DNA of 64,000 bases, from positions 78,958-142,957 of the forward strand of contig DIDT01000057.1 of the NCBI GenBank assembly GCA_002418285.1. Direction: 5' to 3'. Every line of letters starts with the position of its first letter. Position 1 is the first letter of the stretch. The translations under genes were made by a program, and so were the position numbers. Positions 18,690-28,898 of the stretch are shown piece by piece. The DNA comes from Phycisphaerales bacterium UBA5793 (GTDB lineage: Bacteria > Planctomycetota > Phycisphaerae > Phycisphaerales > UBA5793). Below the pieces are notes generated by a model. It searched no databases, was not told the DNA's origin, and saw only the letters and a program-made list of their open reading frames with translations.

Positions 18690-19856
18690 CTACGGGATCA
18701 GCTTGATGATCCGCCCGCTGCGGCTCATGCCATAGATGGTGCCGTTCTCGATTCGGTCGGACTCTACGATTGAGATACTCGGGCAGTAGGCCTTTCCCAA
18801 CACCGAACCGTCGCGTTCGAGCAATCGGTAGAACGTCGATCCCGTCGCGCCGCGGCTGTCGTCTTTATCCCAGACGATCAACTGGCCATTCTTTCGAGCC
18901 ACCACGGTGCCGCCGCGCACATCCGGGGAGAGCCATTTCTCCACGCCGGTGGTCGAATCGATCGCGTGCAGTCCCCTGCCCGGCTCGGCCTGATAGATGA
19001 CGCCATCAATGAGCTTGGGATCATCGGTGAGCGGCTGCTGACAACGGAATCGCCACACGAGCTTGCCGTCCGCAATACGGAACGCCCAGAGCGACTGATC
19101 CGTACCGGCGACGTAGATGGCAAAATCATCAATTGCCGGCGTCGCCTTGACCGGATCACGAACTGCCGCCGACCAAATGCGAGAATTGTTAGCGCCATCC
19201 ATCAGGTGGATGCCGCCCGATTGTGTAATTACGGCAAACTCGTTGCCGAGCACCAGTGGTGGATGGGTAATGGACTGTGCGGTTTCGAGTCGGTACGCCG
19301 TCTTCATCAGCCCCACCCCGAGGTGGTGGTAGACGATTCGACCATCGGAAGTGCCATAAATCAGAAATGGTCCAAAGACCACGCCCGCCGTGAGCGCGGC
19401 ATCCTTCGGGGCATACCGCTGCTGCTGCCGCAGGCGACCGGTGGCAACGTCGAGGAAATAGAGATCGGATTGTGTCGACGCGAGGATCTCATTGTCCAGC
19501 CGCGTCACACCCCGCAGGTGCTCCAGGCTGGCGCCGACCGGGTATTCCCACGCAGCGCGACCATCGCGCGTGGTCAGCGCGGTCAGAATATTGCGCCCAG
19601 TCTCCGCTGCAAGCACATAGTCGTCATACGGATAGATAGTTGCCGCCTGCCCCTCGGCACTCAGAGCAATGGCCGACTCCCAGGCGATCTTGTAGTCGAT
19701 CTGATCGCTTTGCTCAAGCGAGACGAGATAGGTCGTCTCGATCGGACCGCGATTTCCGGACTCGCACCCCATCACCGCCATAGAGACCACCACCAGCGGC
19801 AGAAGCGCGAGCGGACGGCGACACCAATCAAAACAACCGGGGCTCCGTCGATTCAT
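18690..19856 (-). CDS. PQQ-like beta-propeller lipoprotein (BamB-like)
   Basis: Start set at 'MNRRSPG' (cat 19854-19856). Lipobox-like 'SMAVMGCESG'. The repeated 'd..tG...W' blade pattern appears as 'TTRDGRAAWEY', 'RIADGKLVWRF' and 'DSTTGVEKWL'. Confidence 0.55.
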   Translation of the reverse strand: MNRRSPGCFDWCRRPLALLPLVVVSMAVMGCESGNRGPIETTYLVSLEQSDQIDYKIAWESAIALSAEGQAATIYPYDDYVLAAETGRNILTALTTRDGRAAWEYPVGASLEHLRGVTRLDNEILASTQSDLYFLDVATGRLRQQQRYAPKDAALTAGVVFGPFLIYGTSDGRIVYHHLGVGLMKTAYRLETAQSITHPPLVLGNEFAVITQSGGIHLMDGANNSRIWSAAVRDPVKATPAIDDFAIYVAGTDQSLWAFRIADGKLVWRFRCQQPLTDDPKLIDGVIYQAEPGRGLHAIDSTTGVEKWLSPDVRGGTVVARKNGQLIVWDKDDSRGATGSTFYRLLERDGSVLGKAYCPSISIVESDRIENGTIYGMSRSGRIIKLIP

Positions 19857-20023
19857 GGGCCATTCCTTCCGAGGCAGGCTGTAATCGGCGCGCACCACCA
19901 GCCCTCCGGAGGAGGATTCTGCGCCGCCGAGACTGCCAGTATTGAGGCGAATCCTCCCTACGTCAAGCGGGGGCAGGTCCTTGCGTCTTGCTCGGCGGCC
20001 TTCCGGGGGCGTAAGGTTCCTTG

Positions 20024-20623
20024 ATGTTCACCGGTATCATCCAGCATCGGGGCCGAATTCTCGAGTCCCGGGCCACGTCGGCCGGCCGCTCACTCACAAT
20101 CGCCACTGAAGGATGGGAACACGACATTCAGCCCGGCGAGAGCATTGCGGTAAATGGATGTTGCCTGACGGTGGTCAAGCCCAACCCACTCTGTTTCGAC
20201 GTCATCACGCAGACCCTTAACGTCACGACCCTTGGCGACCTGAGCCAGGGTGACGCCGTCAACCTTGAACCGGCTGTGACCCCGACCACGCTGCTCAGCG
20301 GCCACATTGTCCAAGGGCATGTGGATGGCGTCGGCATCATCCGCGACATTCAGACCACGCCTGAGGATGTCCGGGTGCGCATCGTTGTTCCGGATGCACT
20401 GATGGACTACATCGTACCCAAGGGATCGGTCGCAGTGGATGGCATTTCCCTCACTCTGGCCGAAGTGGTCAACGACGGCTTCGTTGTCGCTCTGATTCCC
20501 ACTACACTCGAATTGACGACCTTGGGGGAAGCCAAAGTGGACAAGCGAGTCAACCTTGAGGCTGATCTCGTCGTCAAGACCATCATCCACCAGATGCGCC
20601 GGATTGGCACAATTCCTTCTTGA
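20024..20623 (+). CDS. ribE: riboflavin synthase alpha subunit
   Basis: 'MFTGIIQHRGRI' N-terminus and the two lumazine-binding repeats 'ESIAVNGCCLTV' / 'GSVAVDGISLT'. The track ORF opens one codon earlier (TTG 20021). Confidence 0.85.
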   Translation: MFTGIIQHRGRILESRATSAGRSLTIATEGWEHDIQPGESIAVNGCCLTVVKPNPLCFDVITQTLNVTTLGDLSQGDAVNLEPAVTPTTLLSGHIVQGHVDGVGIIRDIQTTPEDVRVRIVVPDALMDYIVPKGSVAVDGISLTLAEVVNDGFVVALIPTTLELTTLGEAKVDKRVNLEADLVVKTIIHQMRRIGTIPS

Positions 20624-20662
20624 CCCGGTCGATCGAGACGATGATGGTTCACCGGGTGCAAG

Positions 20663-21154
20663 ATGGCCATGGCCGCCGGACAGGAGGACGTGATGAATGA
20701 TCTGCGCATTGACCTTATTGACCCCAAAGACACTGCGCTGATCGCGCACCTGCACAACAGCATGTTCCGACCCGAGCGCGCGCCGGAGTCATTTGAGCGT
20801 CGTTTCCGCGGCCGCTACAAGGTGCTCTGTCTGGTCGCCTCAATCAAGAACGACGCTGTGGGTTTCTACATCGGTTTCGAACTGAAGCCCTCAGTCCACT
20901 TTGGCTGGATGGTTGGCGTCGGCGCGGACTTCCGCCGCATGGGCATCGCTGGTCGCCTCATGCACAAGGCGCAGTTCTGGGCCAAGGAAGAGGGCTATAC
21001 CTCGCTGCGCTTCGAGTGCAATAACACCCACCGCCCCATGCTCCACTTCGGCATCTCGGAAAACTACTCCATCGTCGGCATCCGCTGGGATCCCGATACC
21101 GCGCAGAACATCATCATCTTTGAACGGCTGCTCGACAACCTCACCGATGAGTAG
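20663..21154 (+). CDS. GNAT family N-acetyltransferase
   Basis: 163 aa. 'VGVGADFRRMGIAGRLMHKAQFWAKEEGYTSLRFECNNTH' fits GNAT motif A. An alternative ATG lies at 20693. Confidence 0.6.
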   Translation: MAMAAGQEDVMNDLRIDLIDPKDTALIAHLHNSMFRPERAPESFERRFRGRYKVLCLVASIKNDAVGFYIGFELKPSVHFGWMVGVGADFRRMGIAGRLMHKAQFWAKEEGYTSLRFECNNTHRPMLHFGISENYSIVGIRWDPDTAQNIIIFERLLDNLTDE

Positions 21155-21168
21155 CGGCAGTTCTGCCG

Positions 21169-21861
21169 TCAGTTTTTCGCATTTGAGCAGAACTGCTGGC
21201 AGATCGAATCCTGACTGCACAGCGCTCCGCGGGCCTTGCACACACGCCGACCGTGAAAGATGAGCAGGTGCGAGAGCAGACACCACTTGGCGCGCGGGAA
21301 CAGCGCCATCAGGTCGCGCTCGATTTTGCGGACATCGTCGTGCTTTGTCAGCCCGAAGCGCTGCGCCACGCGCGTAACATGGGTATCCACGACAACGCCT
21401 TCGTTGATTCCAAATGCATTGCCGAGCACAACGTTGGCCGTCTTTCTCGCCACGCCGCGCAGCGTCAGCAGTTCATCCATCGTGCGCGGCACCTGTCCCC
21501 CGAAGTTCTCGACCAACGTCTGGCACGCGCCGTGGACTGATTTGGCCTTGTTGCGAAACAGGCCGATCGACGCAATGTATGGCTCGATCTCCTTCGGATC
21601 GGCGTTGGCAAAGTCAGCCGCCGTCTTGAACTTCGCAAACAACTTCGGGGTGGCCTTGTTCACCCCGACGTCCGTCGCCTGCGCGCTGAGAATTGTGGCA
21701 ATCAGCAGTTGCAGCGGGTTCGTGTAGTCCAGCTCGCAGTGGGCATCGGGATAGCGCTTTTCGAGTGCTGCAAGGATCTTCCGCGCCCGCACGGTTTGAG
21801 CCGCCGTCTTGCGTGGCAAGGCACCTGACGTCTGTTGCGTTCTTTTTGATGTCTTTGTCAC
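21169..21861 (-). CDS. nth: endonuclease III
   Basis: 230 aa. HhH-GPD region 'LLTLRGVARKTANVVLGNAFG...VVDTHVTRV' and a four-Cys cluster near the C-terminus ('CKARGALCSQDSICQQFC'). Confidence 0.85.
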   Translation of the reverse strand: MTKTSKRTQQTSGALPRKTAAQTVRARKILAALEKRYPDAHCELDYTNPLQLLIATILSAQATDVGVNKATPKLFAKFKTAADFANADPKEIEPYIASIGLFRNKAKSVHGACQTLVENFGGQVPRTMDELLTLRGVARKTANVVLGNAFGINEGVVVDTHVTRVAQRFGLTKHDDVRKIERDLMALFPRAKWCLLSHLLIFHGRRVCKARGALCSQDSICQQFCSNAKN

Positions 21862-21870
21862 GGTGCTCTT

Positions 21871-22515
21871 TCAGGCGTTCATCCGCTTGAGCAGTTCAGG
21901 CTCTTCGAGTTTCGGTCCGCCTGATGCGGGACTGGCGGCCTGACGATCGATCACCACCGGCGACGACAACGCCGCCGCCGATGAGAACACCAGCACAACG
22001 AGCCCAGCCAAGGTGAACTCCATGAGCAGTCGCGCCGTCGGGTGATCGGCGTCGAAGGCGCCCTTGGCCGCATCGGCCTTGTCCATCTCGCCCGCCTTGG
22101 CGGCCACCCAGTAATCACGCAGGTTGAAGAACATTCGCGGTGAGACGATGAACGCCTTGTACGACACGATGATCATCAGCACCGCCAAGGCGGCAATGCG
22201 AATGGCATTCGCCCGCGTGCGAATCGAATGGCCGAACGCCACGAAGTGCCCAACCATGATGACCACCACACCAACGATGGCAATGAGTTCTATGAAATCC
22301 TGGATCGTGAAGACCTGCGACATGACCTGCCCGGCCAGGAGCAGGCCGTGCGAGCCGGCGTACGCGGAATACTCGGGCAGCGTCGGTTCGACCTTGATCA
22401 TCATCGGGAAGATAAACGCGGCCGTCGCCGCGGAGAGCACCAGTGAACCAATCCACAAGCCGATCAGCAACCAGTAGACGCCGTTGGCAAATCCATACCA
22501 TCCCGATTGCTTCAT
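21871..22515 (-). CDS. multi-pass membrane protein, family unknown
   Basis: 214 aa with several hydrophobic helices, e.g. 'VYWLLIGLWIGSLVLSAATAAFIFPMMI'. There is a 4-nt overlap with moaE. Confidence 0.55.
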   Translation of the reverse strand: MKQSGWYGFANGVYWLLIGLWIGSLVLSAATAAFIFPMMIKVEPTLPEYSAYAGSHGLLLAGQVMSQVFTIQDFIELIAIVGVVVIMVGHFVAFGHSIRTRANAIRIAALAVLMIIVSYKAFIVSPRMFFNLRDYWVAAKAGEMDKADAAKGAFDADHPTARLLMEFTLAGLVVLVFSSAAALSSPVVIDRQAASPASGGPKLEEPELLKRMNA

Positions 22516-22994
22516 GGAAGATCCTCTCGCTCGGAAGACTCGTCCTCATCGGCGTACACCTCAGCTGACACTTCCAATCCGCGCGACCAGGTCGTGCCAT
22601 CTGCCCAGACTTCACTCTTCCAGATCGGCGCCTCGCTCTTAAGCCGGTCGATAAGCATGCGGCACGCGGCAAACGCCTCGGCCCGATGCCCCGTCACCAC
22701 CTGAATGAGCACACTCGCCTCCCCAATGGGTACATCGCCGATGCTGTGATGGAGCCGCACGAACAGTGCACCGTGTTCCTTCACCACCGCCGCCGCCAGT
22801 GATCCGAGCACCCGTTGGCCCATGCTCTCATACGCCGTGTAGCGCAGCAACTGCAGCGGTCCATGCTTGTCGTGCACTTCTGCACGACTGCGCCCGAGAA
22901 ACACACACTCGCCACCACCCGCTGCAATAACCGGCGGAGCCACGTACTGCACGGGGCCGGGCTTGAAGAGAATGTCGATGGTGATCTCACTCAT
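22512..22994 (-). CDS. moaE: molybdopterin synthase catalytic subunit
   Basis: Start set at 'MSEITIDILF' (cat 22992-22994). 'VTGHRAEAFAACRMLIDRLKSEAPIWKSEVWADG' is MoaE-like. Confidence 0.75.
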   Translation of the reverse strand: MSEITIDILFKPGPVQYVAPPVIAAGGGECVFLGRSRAEVHDKHGPLQLLRYTAYESMGQRVLGSLAAAVVKEHGALFVRLHHSIGDVPIGEASVLIQVVTGHRAEAFAACRMLIDRLKSEAPIWKSEVWADGTTWSRGLEVSAEVYADEDESSEREDLP

Positions 22995-23104
22995 GGATGA
23001 CGCTTTCGCGGCAATCGTAGGGACCAAGTGCGTCGGACCACGCCCTGTTTCAATCCGCTATACTCTCGTCTCGCGGCAAACCGAAAGACGCCTACCATCG
23101 CTCC

Positions 23105-23845
23105 ATGCGTGCCTTCACACGCCTGCCGCCTGCCCCGACTCTGGCTCCCCTCGTGGGTGGCGGCGATCCGCGTGCGGCATTGCAGCACATTGCCGACAGC
23201 GGATTCCGACACGTGCAACTCTCGGCAGCGCTGCCCGGAATGAGGCCGCGCGACCTCGATCGCTCCGCGCGGCGCGACCTGCTGGCGCGACTCCGCCGCA
23301 TCGAACTGACCGTCTCGGGCCTCGACCTCTGGATTCCCGAGGAACACTACACGGCCACCGAGCACGCCGACCGGGCGGCAGCTGCGATCATGGACGCCAT
23401 CGAACTTGCGGCTGATCTCGGCCGCGTTGCGCTCTCTGTGCGCCTTCCCGATGGTGTGGATGATCACGTGGCACAGGACTGGCGCGGCCGCGCTGAGACT
23501 TGTGGTGTGTCGATTGCTGACCACTCGCCAGCACCGCATGCGTTGCTCTGTTCAGGCGTCGATCCTGCCTCACTGCTCGCTGCAGGACTGTCGCCCGCTT
23601 CGCACGCATCCAATGCGCCCAGTCTTGCCGCCGCGCGCTTCAGCGACTACCGCGATGAGTCCCGCGTCGCCCCCGGCGCCGGCCGCCTCGATGTCCTCGC
23701 CTACCAAGTCGCGCTCGTCTCGCGCGGCTTCGACGCACCCGTTGCGCTGGACCTGCGCCGTGTGGCGAATCCGGCCGCAGCATTGGACGCCAGCCGAAAT
23801 GCCTGGGCAGCAACCGGCATTCTCCTGGCGCCGGAAGGGGATTGA
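23105..23845 (+). CDS. sugar phosphate isomerase/epimerase (xylose-isomerase-like TIM barrel), tentative
   Basis: 246 aa. 'ALQHIADSGFRHVQLS' and 'AAAAIMDAIELAADLG' resemble that family. By-eye call. Confidence 0.5.
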   Translation: MRAFTRLPPAPTLAPLVGGGDPRAALQHIADSGFRHVQLSAALPGMRPRDLDRSARRDLLARLRRIELTVSGLDLWIPEEHYTATEHADRAAAAIMDAIELAADLGRVALSVRLPDGVDDHVAQDWRGRAETCGVSIADHSPAPHALLCSGVDPASLLAAGLSPASHASNAPSLAAARFSDYRDESRVAPGAGRLDVLAYQVALVSRGFDAPVALDLRRVANPAAALDASRNAWAATGILLAPEGD

Positions 23846-23943
23846 GATCATCGCATTTGACGATGCCGCACACCACGGCTCGGTCCACGCCTCCGCGACC
23901 CCACGCCGATGCCTGATGCAAACCTATCATTGCAATCACCGCC

Positions 23944-24912
23944 ATGACCCAGCGCGACTACTACGAAATCCTCGGCGTCGCCCGCAGCGCCTCGGCCGAC
24001 GAGATCAAGAAAGCCCACCGCCGCCTCGTGCGCCAGTGGCACCCTGACCGCAACAAGGCCGCAGATGCCGCGACCAGGTTCGCTGAGATTCAGGAAGCCT
24101 ACGACAACCTCTCCGACCCTGAGAAACGCAAAAACTACGACCGCTTCGGCCACACGCGCGGCCCCGCGGGCTTCGGCGGAAGCGCACCGGGAGGTGGCCA
24201 GACCTATTCGTGGTCCTCTTCAGGGGGGCCCGGCGGCTTCAACGTGGAAGACGTCAACTTCGGAGGTGGCGGCGACGTTGGCAGCATTTTCGAAGAACTC
24301 TTCGGCCGATCACGACGCGGCGGCGCCGGCGGAGGACGCGGGAGAGGTCGCAGCGCTGCCCCCGCCCAGCGCGGCCAGGACATCGCCCACACCATCGACA
24401 TCACCTTCGACACCGCCATCAAGGGCGGCAAGGAACCGCTCCGCCTGTCGCGCGGACACCAGAGCGAGACAATCGACGTCACGATCCCGCCAGGCATCGC
24501 CGATGGCGCCAAACTCCGCCTGCGCGGCAAGGGCCAGCCTTCACCCACCGGCAGCGACCATGGCGATCTCATTCTCACGATCCGCGTCGGCAAGCATCCG
24601 TATTACCGCCGCGAGGGCAACGACATCTACCTCGATTTGCCGATCACGATTGCCGAGGCCGTCGACGGCGCGACGGTCCAGGTACCCACGCCGCAGGGCG
24701 CGGTGTCACTCAAGGTTCCGCCCGGCGCCAACACGGGACAGAAGCTTCGCCTCACGGGTCGTGGGGTGAAACTGCCCGATGACAAATCCGGCGACTTTTA
24801 CGCCGTCATTGCCGTGCAGACGCCCAAAGGACTGTCCGCCGATGATCGCGAGTTCCTCACCAGTCTTGGCGACCGCCTGCAGAACCCGCGCCACGGGCAT
24901 CCGTGGGAGTAG
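23944..24912 (+). CDS. DnaJ-family co-chaperone, CbpA-type (no zinc-finger region)
   Basis: J domain '[34 protein letters not shown]', a G-rich linker and two C-terminal substrate-binding repeats. No CxxCxGxG repeats are present. Confidence 0.8.
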   Translation: MTQRDYYEILGVARSASADEIKKAHRRLVRQWHPDRNKAADAATRFAEIQEAYDNLSDPEKRKNYDRFGHTRGPAGFGGSAPGGGQTYSWSSSGGPGGFNVEDVNFGGGGDVGSIFEELFGRSRRGGAGGGRGRGRSAAPAQRGQDIAHTIDITFDTAIKGGKEPLRLSRGHQSETIDVTIPPGIADGAKLRLRGKGQPSPTGSDHGDLILTIRVGKHPYYRREGNDIYLDLPITIAEAVDGATVQVPTPQGAVSLKVPPGANTGQKLRLTGRGVKLPDDKSGDFYAVIAVQTPKGLSADDREFLTSLGDRLQNPRHGHPWE

Positions 24913-24932
24913 AACAAGGGGAATGCGTGTTC

Positions 24933-25397
24933 ATGACATTCCTCGGCAAGCAAGTTCGTGTGAGAACAGTCGCTTCGATTGTATTATTGCTTGTGTGGCC
25001 GGCTTCAGTGGTGTGGTGGGCTGGCGTCACGGCGTTCCAGGCAGAATTCGGGCTGGCGATCGGCGGAGGTGGGGTCGGTGTAACCTGGAACGATGCGCGC
25101 GACACCGGATATCCAGAGACAGATGGGATTCACTTTCAGAGCCGTCAATTCGCGTGGACGCGTCAAGAATTGGCGCTGCTCTGGCCGGACGCCGTAATTC
25201 CGACCTTTCGACGCGACATATCGACCGCATCCATTCCGCTCTGGGCACTGCAGGCTGTCGCGCTGTGGATGGTTTGGAGGGGCCCCTTTCGCCGCGCGAT
25301 GTGGCTAAGAACCGGACGTTGCCCGGCGTGTGGGTATCCCGGAACCAATTCCGCGCGCTGTTCTGAGTGCGGCGCACTCCTGCCTCCCAACAAGTAG
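24933..25397 (+). CDS. membrane protein with C-terminal zinc ribbon (CPxCGY...CxECG family)
   Basis: Start set at ATG 24933 ('MTFLGKQ'). TM segments 'VASIVLLLVWPASVVWWAGV' and 'IPLWALQAVALWMVW'. The C-terminus carries 'CPACGYPGTNSARCSECG'. Confidence 0.45.
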   Translation: MTFLGKQVRVRTVASIVLLLVWPASVVWWAGVTAFQAEFGLAIGGGGVGVTWNDARDTGYPETDGIHFQSRQFAWTRQELALLWPDAVIPTFRRDISTASIPLWALQAVALWMVWRGPFRRAMWLRTGRCPACGYPGTNSARCSECGALLPPNK

Positions 25398-25408
25398 TGG
25401 TTTAGCCG

Positions 25409-26035
25409 TCAACGTCGGATTGGGCGCCAATACCGCCAGCGAATGTACAACACGCCCAGCACCGCACCGATCAGATCCGCGCATAGATCCAGTGCCGTGT
25501 TTTCGTAGCCGCCCACACCCGACTCCGGCACGATCTCTGATGCGACAAACTCGACGATCTCGTTGAGCGCCCCCATTCCCAGACCGGCCATGATGAGCAC
25601 GAATCCGACGGCGAGCCAATGCTCGCGCCCGTTGTGCAGGGAGCGACGCAGAAGGCAGTACGCCACGAGCGTACAGGCTCCAAAGCCCCAGATGTGCACG
25701 ATCTGGTCATAGCGCAGTATCGGATACGCGTTGGTTAATCGCACGACCATGATGTCGTAGAGTCGGCCGTCGCCGATAGACACGCCACCACCAGCCAGGT
25801 GCAAAGCTGACCACACGGTCAGGCCGACGAGCGTCCCGAGCGTGTACTCGACGAACCGCGTGCTCACGGCTACCGCGACCAGTAGGCCAATGATGACCGC
25901 CACGTAAATGATGAACTCGTCGTTCCGCCGTCCGATGAACAGTGAGCCGAAGCCGATGATCAGGGCCATGTTGATGAGCAGCAGGATGAGATGGGACTTC
26001 TTCATCGCCTGACCGTTCACGAGGATTCGGGCCAT
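25409..26035 (-). CDS. multi-pass membrane protein, family unknown
   Basis: 208 aa, or 198 aa from ATG 26005 ('MKKSHLILLLINMALIIGF'). Five to six hydrophobic helices. Confidence 0.55.
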   Translation of the reverse strand: MARILVNGQAMKKSHLILLLINMALIIGFGSLFIGRRNDEFIIYVAVIIGLLVAVAVSTRFVEYTLGTLVGLTVWSALHLAGGGVSIGDGRLYDIMVVRLTNAYPILRYDQIVHIWGFGACTLVAYCLLRRSLHNGREHWLAVGFVLIMAGLGMGALNEIVEFVASEIVPESGVGGYENTALDLCADLIGAVLGVLYIRWRYWRPIRR

Positions 26036-26085
26036 GCGATGGTAGGTGATCGGCGCGCCAAGCCCCTTGAAGGCGGCTTGGATGC

Positions 26086-27546
26086 CTACGCCACTCGCGC
26101 CCTCGCTGCGATTTGATCATCGCGCCCTTCGCGCATCGCGATGTTCTGCAAGCCGTTGACTGCTGCCAGTCGAAACGTCTCGCTCAGCGTCGGGTAGTTG
26201 AAGACATTGTGCACGAAGCGGTCAATGGTGCGATCGCTTTCCGCGCTGCCAAGCACCATTTGGGCAATGTGGATGAGTTCCGTCGCTTCGTCTCCAATGA
26301 TCTGCGCGCCGAGCAGACGCCGGCTCGGATACTCGAAGACAAGTTTGACGAAGCCGACATTGGGTGCACTGTCAGCTTCGAGAATGCGGCCGCGCGCGGT
26401 GAGCGCCAGCGCCGCTTTGCCGACCATCACGTCGTAGCGCGCTTCGCGCGCCTGCTGCTCAGTCAGACCAACCGTGCCGATCGGCGGAATGGTGTAGAGC
26501 CCGATCGGGAAGATATCCGACACGGCCTTCTTGTAATCGAGCCCGAACATGCGGCACGCCGCAACGCGCCCCTGCTCCATCGATGTTGACGCCAGCGCGG
26601 GGAAACCGATCACATCACCCGCAGCATACACGCCGTTGCACGTCGTCTGATAGGTTTCGTCTACGGTAAGATAGCCGCGATTGTTGGGCTCGACGCCGAT
26701 GTTCTCCAGACCGATGCCCTCGGTATTGCCGGCGCGGCCGGCGGCGTAGAGCACATGCGACGAACGGATCTCCGTCCCATCTTTCAGGATGACGCAGACT
26801 TCATCGTCGCCGGTTGGCGACACGATCCGATCCACCCCCCGCCCCGTCTCGATCGTGATGTTCGTGTCTCCCATTGACCGCAACAGCGCGGCGCGAATCT
26901 CCCCATCCAGGAATCCAAGCACCACTTCGCGGGGCTCGATGAGTGTGACTTCCACTCCCAGTTCGCCGAATACGCAGGCATACTCGCAGCCGATCACTCC
27001 ACCGCCCACCACAGTCAACGACTTCGGCAGGCAGGGTAGTTGCAGCAGCTGATCCGAATCGACGATGCGAGGATGGTCGTAACCCATCGCTTTGAGATCC
27101 GTTGGTCGACTGCCTGTGGCGATGAGGATGTGTTGCGTCTGAAGATCGGTCGTCGAACCATCGACCGCGGTCACGCGCACGGTGTTGGCGTCGACGATGA
27201 CTCCCCGACCGCTGTAGATGTCGATGGCGTGGCGATCGACGGCCGACTCGATGCGATCATGCTCGACCTGCTGCACGGCCAGCGTGCGCGCCATGAACGA
27301 GAAAATCGACACGTCGCGATCGATCTGCAGCCGAATGCCGGGCACGGTGCGCCGCCGAAATGCGGAAAGCAGCAGCGCCGTTTCGCGCAGCGTCTTGGAA
27401 GGGATGGTGCCGGTGTTGATCATCGCACCACCTGGTCGCGGCTCGAATTCGACAATCGCCACGCGACGTTTGAAATACGCCGCCTGCGTTGCCGCCTTCT
27501 CTCCGGCTGGCCCACACCCGATGCAGACAAGGTCATAGCGCGCCAT
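26086..27546 (-). CDS. sthA: soluble pyridine-nucleotide transhydrogenase-like flavoprotein (SthA/UdhA-like)
   Basis: 486 aa. FAD fold 'DLVCIGCGPAGEKAA' and NAD fold 'VVGGGVIGCEYA'. The redox-disulfide site is replaced ('GGAMINTGTIPSK'), as in SthA rather than lipoamide dehydrogenase. Confidence 0.65.
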   Translation of the reverse strand: MARYDLVCIGCGPAGEKAATQAAYFKRRVAIVEFEPRPGGAMINTGTIPSKTLRETALLLSAFRRRTVPGIRLQIDRDVSIFSFMARTLAVQQVEHDRIESAVDRHAIDIYSGRGVIVDANTVRVTAVDGSTTDLQTQHILIATGSRPTDLKAMGYDHPRIVDSDQLLQLPCLPKSLTVVGGGVIGCEYACVFGELGVEVTLIEPREVVLGFLDGEIRAALLRSMGDTNITIETGRGVDRIVSPTGDDEVCVILKDGTEIRSSHVLYAAGRAGNTEGIGLENIGVEPNNRGYLTVDETYQTTCNGVYAAGDVIGFPALASTSMEQGRVAACRMFGLDYKKAVSDIFPIGLYTIPPIGTVGLTEQQAREARYDVMVGKAALALTARGRILEADSAPNVGFVKLVFEYPSRRLLGAQIIGDEATELIHIAQMVLGSAESDRTIDRFVHNVFNYPTLSETFRLAAVNGLQNIAMREGRDDQIAARARVA

Positions 27547-27560
27547 GTCCCCGTTATCGG

Positions 27561-27794
27561 TCAGGCAGATGCAGCAGTTGAGAGCGCTTCTCCGACAACG
27601 CGGTTACGAATTTCGGCAATCCACTTTGGCGCCATGGTGCGCGCATCGGCCAGCGCCTGCGTCGGCCAGCGCCACCAGATCCACGTCGCCGCCAGCACGC
27701 ACAACGGCGGCTGCCAGTACCACGAGTACATTTCGAAGAACAGTTCCGTGCTCCACGGCCCGACAACCGCGCACGCCAAATTCGCCATGATCAT
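27561..27794 (-). CDS. possible small membrane protein
   Basis: 77 aa from ATG 27794 ('MIMANLACAVVGPW...WYWQPPLCVLAATWIWWRW'). It ends 15 nt upstream of sthA. No homology evidence. Confidence 0.25.
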   Translation of the reverse strand: MIMANLACAVVGPWSTELFFEMYSWYWQPPLCVLAATWIWWRWPTQALADARTMAPKWIAEIRNRVVGEALSTAASA

Positions 27795-28176
27795 CCACTG
27801 GACAGGCCGACGATGCACTCTCAGATCAAAAGTAATCCGTGACGCCTTGCCGGCCGAGGGCGCCCCGATACAGCCCATCAAGTCCGTCACCGCCGGTCTT
27901 GACGGTAAGGCGATGCGAAAGCACGTCTCCGAGTCCCAGTGCACTTCAGGAAGTCGACCTCGCCGGTTGGCCTGCTTGAGCCGGATTCGGATCTCCTCGC
28001 CGGAGAGGTGCGTCTCAACTACCGGCAGCGATGTTGTAACTGGTGGGTGGGCCAGGGTGAAATCCCATCAATCATGCGCAATGCTTTGGCCCCCCGTCGC
28101 GCAAACCATAGCCCGATCGTGGGTCCCAAGGACAGGCATGTCGTGCAATACACGGCGCTCTTGCCTAGCCTTGGCC

Positions 28177-28797
28177 ATGATCGACGAACCCGACCTCGTT
28201 TTCGAGACGATTCCGGCAGACCCGTGTGCTCTACTCGGTCGCTGGCTTGAGCATGCGGCACAGCACGCCCAGCAACCCAACCCCAATGTGCTTTACCTTG
28301 CCACCGCAGATTCCCAGGGTCGGCCCAGCGTACGTCCGGTATTGCAGAAGTACTACGACGATCAGACCGGATGCCTTACGTTCTTCACGAACTACCACAG
28401 CCGCAAGGCCCGGGAGATGGAGGCCAACCCCCACGTGTGCGCCGGTATTCATTGGGATCATCTCGAACGCGCGGTGCGCATCGACGGCCGCGTGGAGAGG
28501 GCGACTGTGGAAGTATCCGACAAGTACTTCGCGAGCCGCAGCCGCGAGAGCCAGTTGGGCGCGTGGGCGAGCGAGCAGAGCGAGGAGCTGGCCGACTGGG
28601 AGACGCTGCTGGGACGCGTGTTTGATGTCTCCGCCAGGTTCGCCGGCGGCCCGGTCCCGCGACCGTCGCACTGGGGTGGCTACGTCCTCACGCCGCGATC
28701 GATCGAGTTCTGGGTGGGCCGAAAAAGCCGCATCCACGAGCGCGTGCTGTACGAAAAGAACCATGACGCCTGGGTAAACAAACGGCTATACCCCTAG
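28177..28797 (+). CDS. pdxH: pyridoxamine 5'-phosphate oxidase
   Basis: Only the last 206 aa of the 585-aa track ORF are used (ATG 28177, 'MIDEPDL'). 'SIEFWVGRKSRIHERVLY' and the C-terminal 'WVNKRLYP' are PdxH-like. Confidence 0.85.
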   Translation: MIDEPDLVFETIPADPCALLGRWLEHAAQHAQQPNPNVLYLATADSQGRPSVRPVLQKYYDDQTGCLTFFTNYHSRKAREMEANPHVCAGIHWDHLERAVRIDGRVERATVEVSDKYFASRSRESQLGAWASEQSEELADWETLLGRVFDVSARFAGGPVPRPSHWGGYVLTPRSIEFWVGRKSRIHERVLYEKNHDAWVNKRLYP

Positions 28798-28898
28798 AAG
28801 AGTGCTTGTGCCTGCAAGTTTTGGAGTGTGTAGTGCAGTGCAACACGGACCAAGGCACCGATCAACTAAAGCTCGTCTCGGCGGTGAAGACGGTCCCA

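Noticed and set aside
19857-20023. FMN (RFN) riboswitch upstream of ribE
   Set aside because: The leader is too short. It also lacks the conserved 'GGGUGAAAUUCC', 'AGCCGACAGU' and 'AAAGUCUGGAUG' cores.
17762-20024. Plus-strand ORFs 17762-18706 and 18966-20024
   Set aside because: They are antisense shadows of purH and the BamB-like gene.
27040-28176. N-terminal 379 codons of the 585-aa plus-strand ORF
   Set aside because: It is antisense to sthA. Only the last 206 codons, from ATG 28177, look like a real protein (PdxH).
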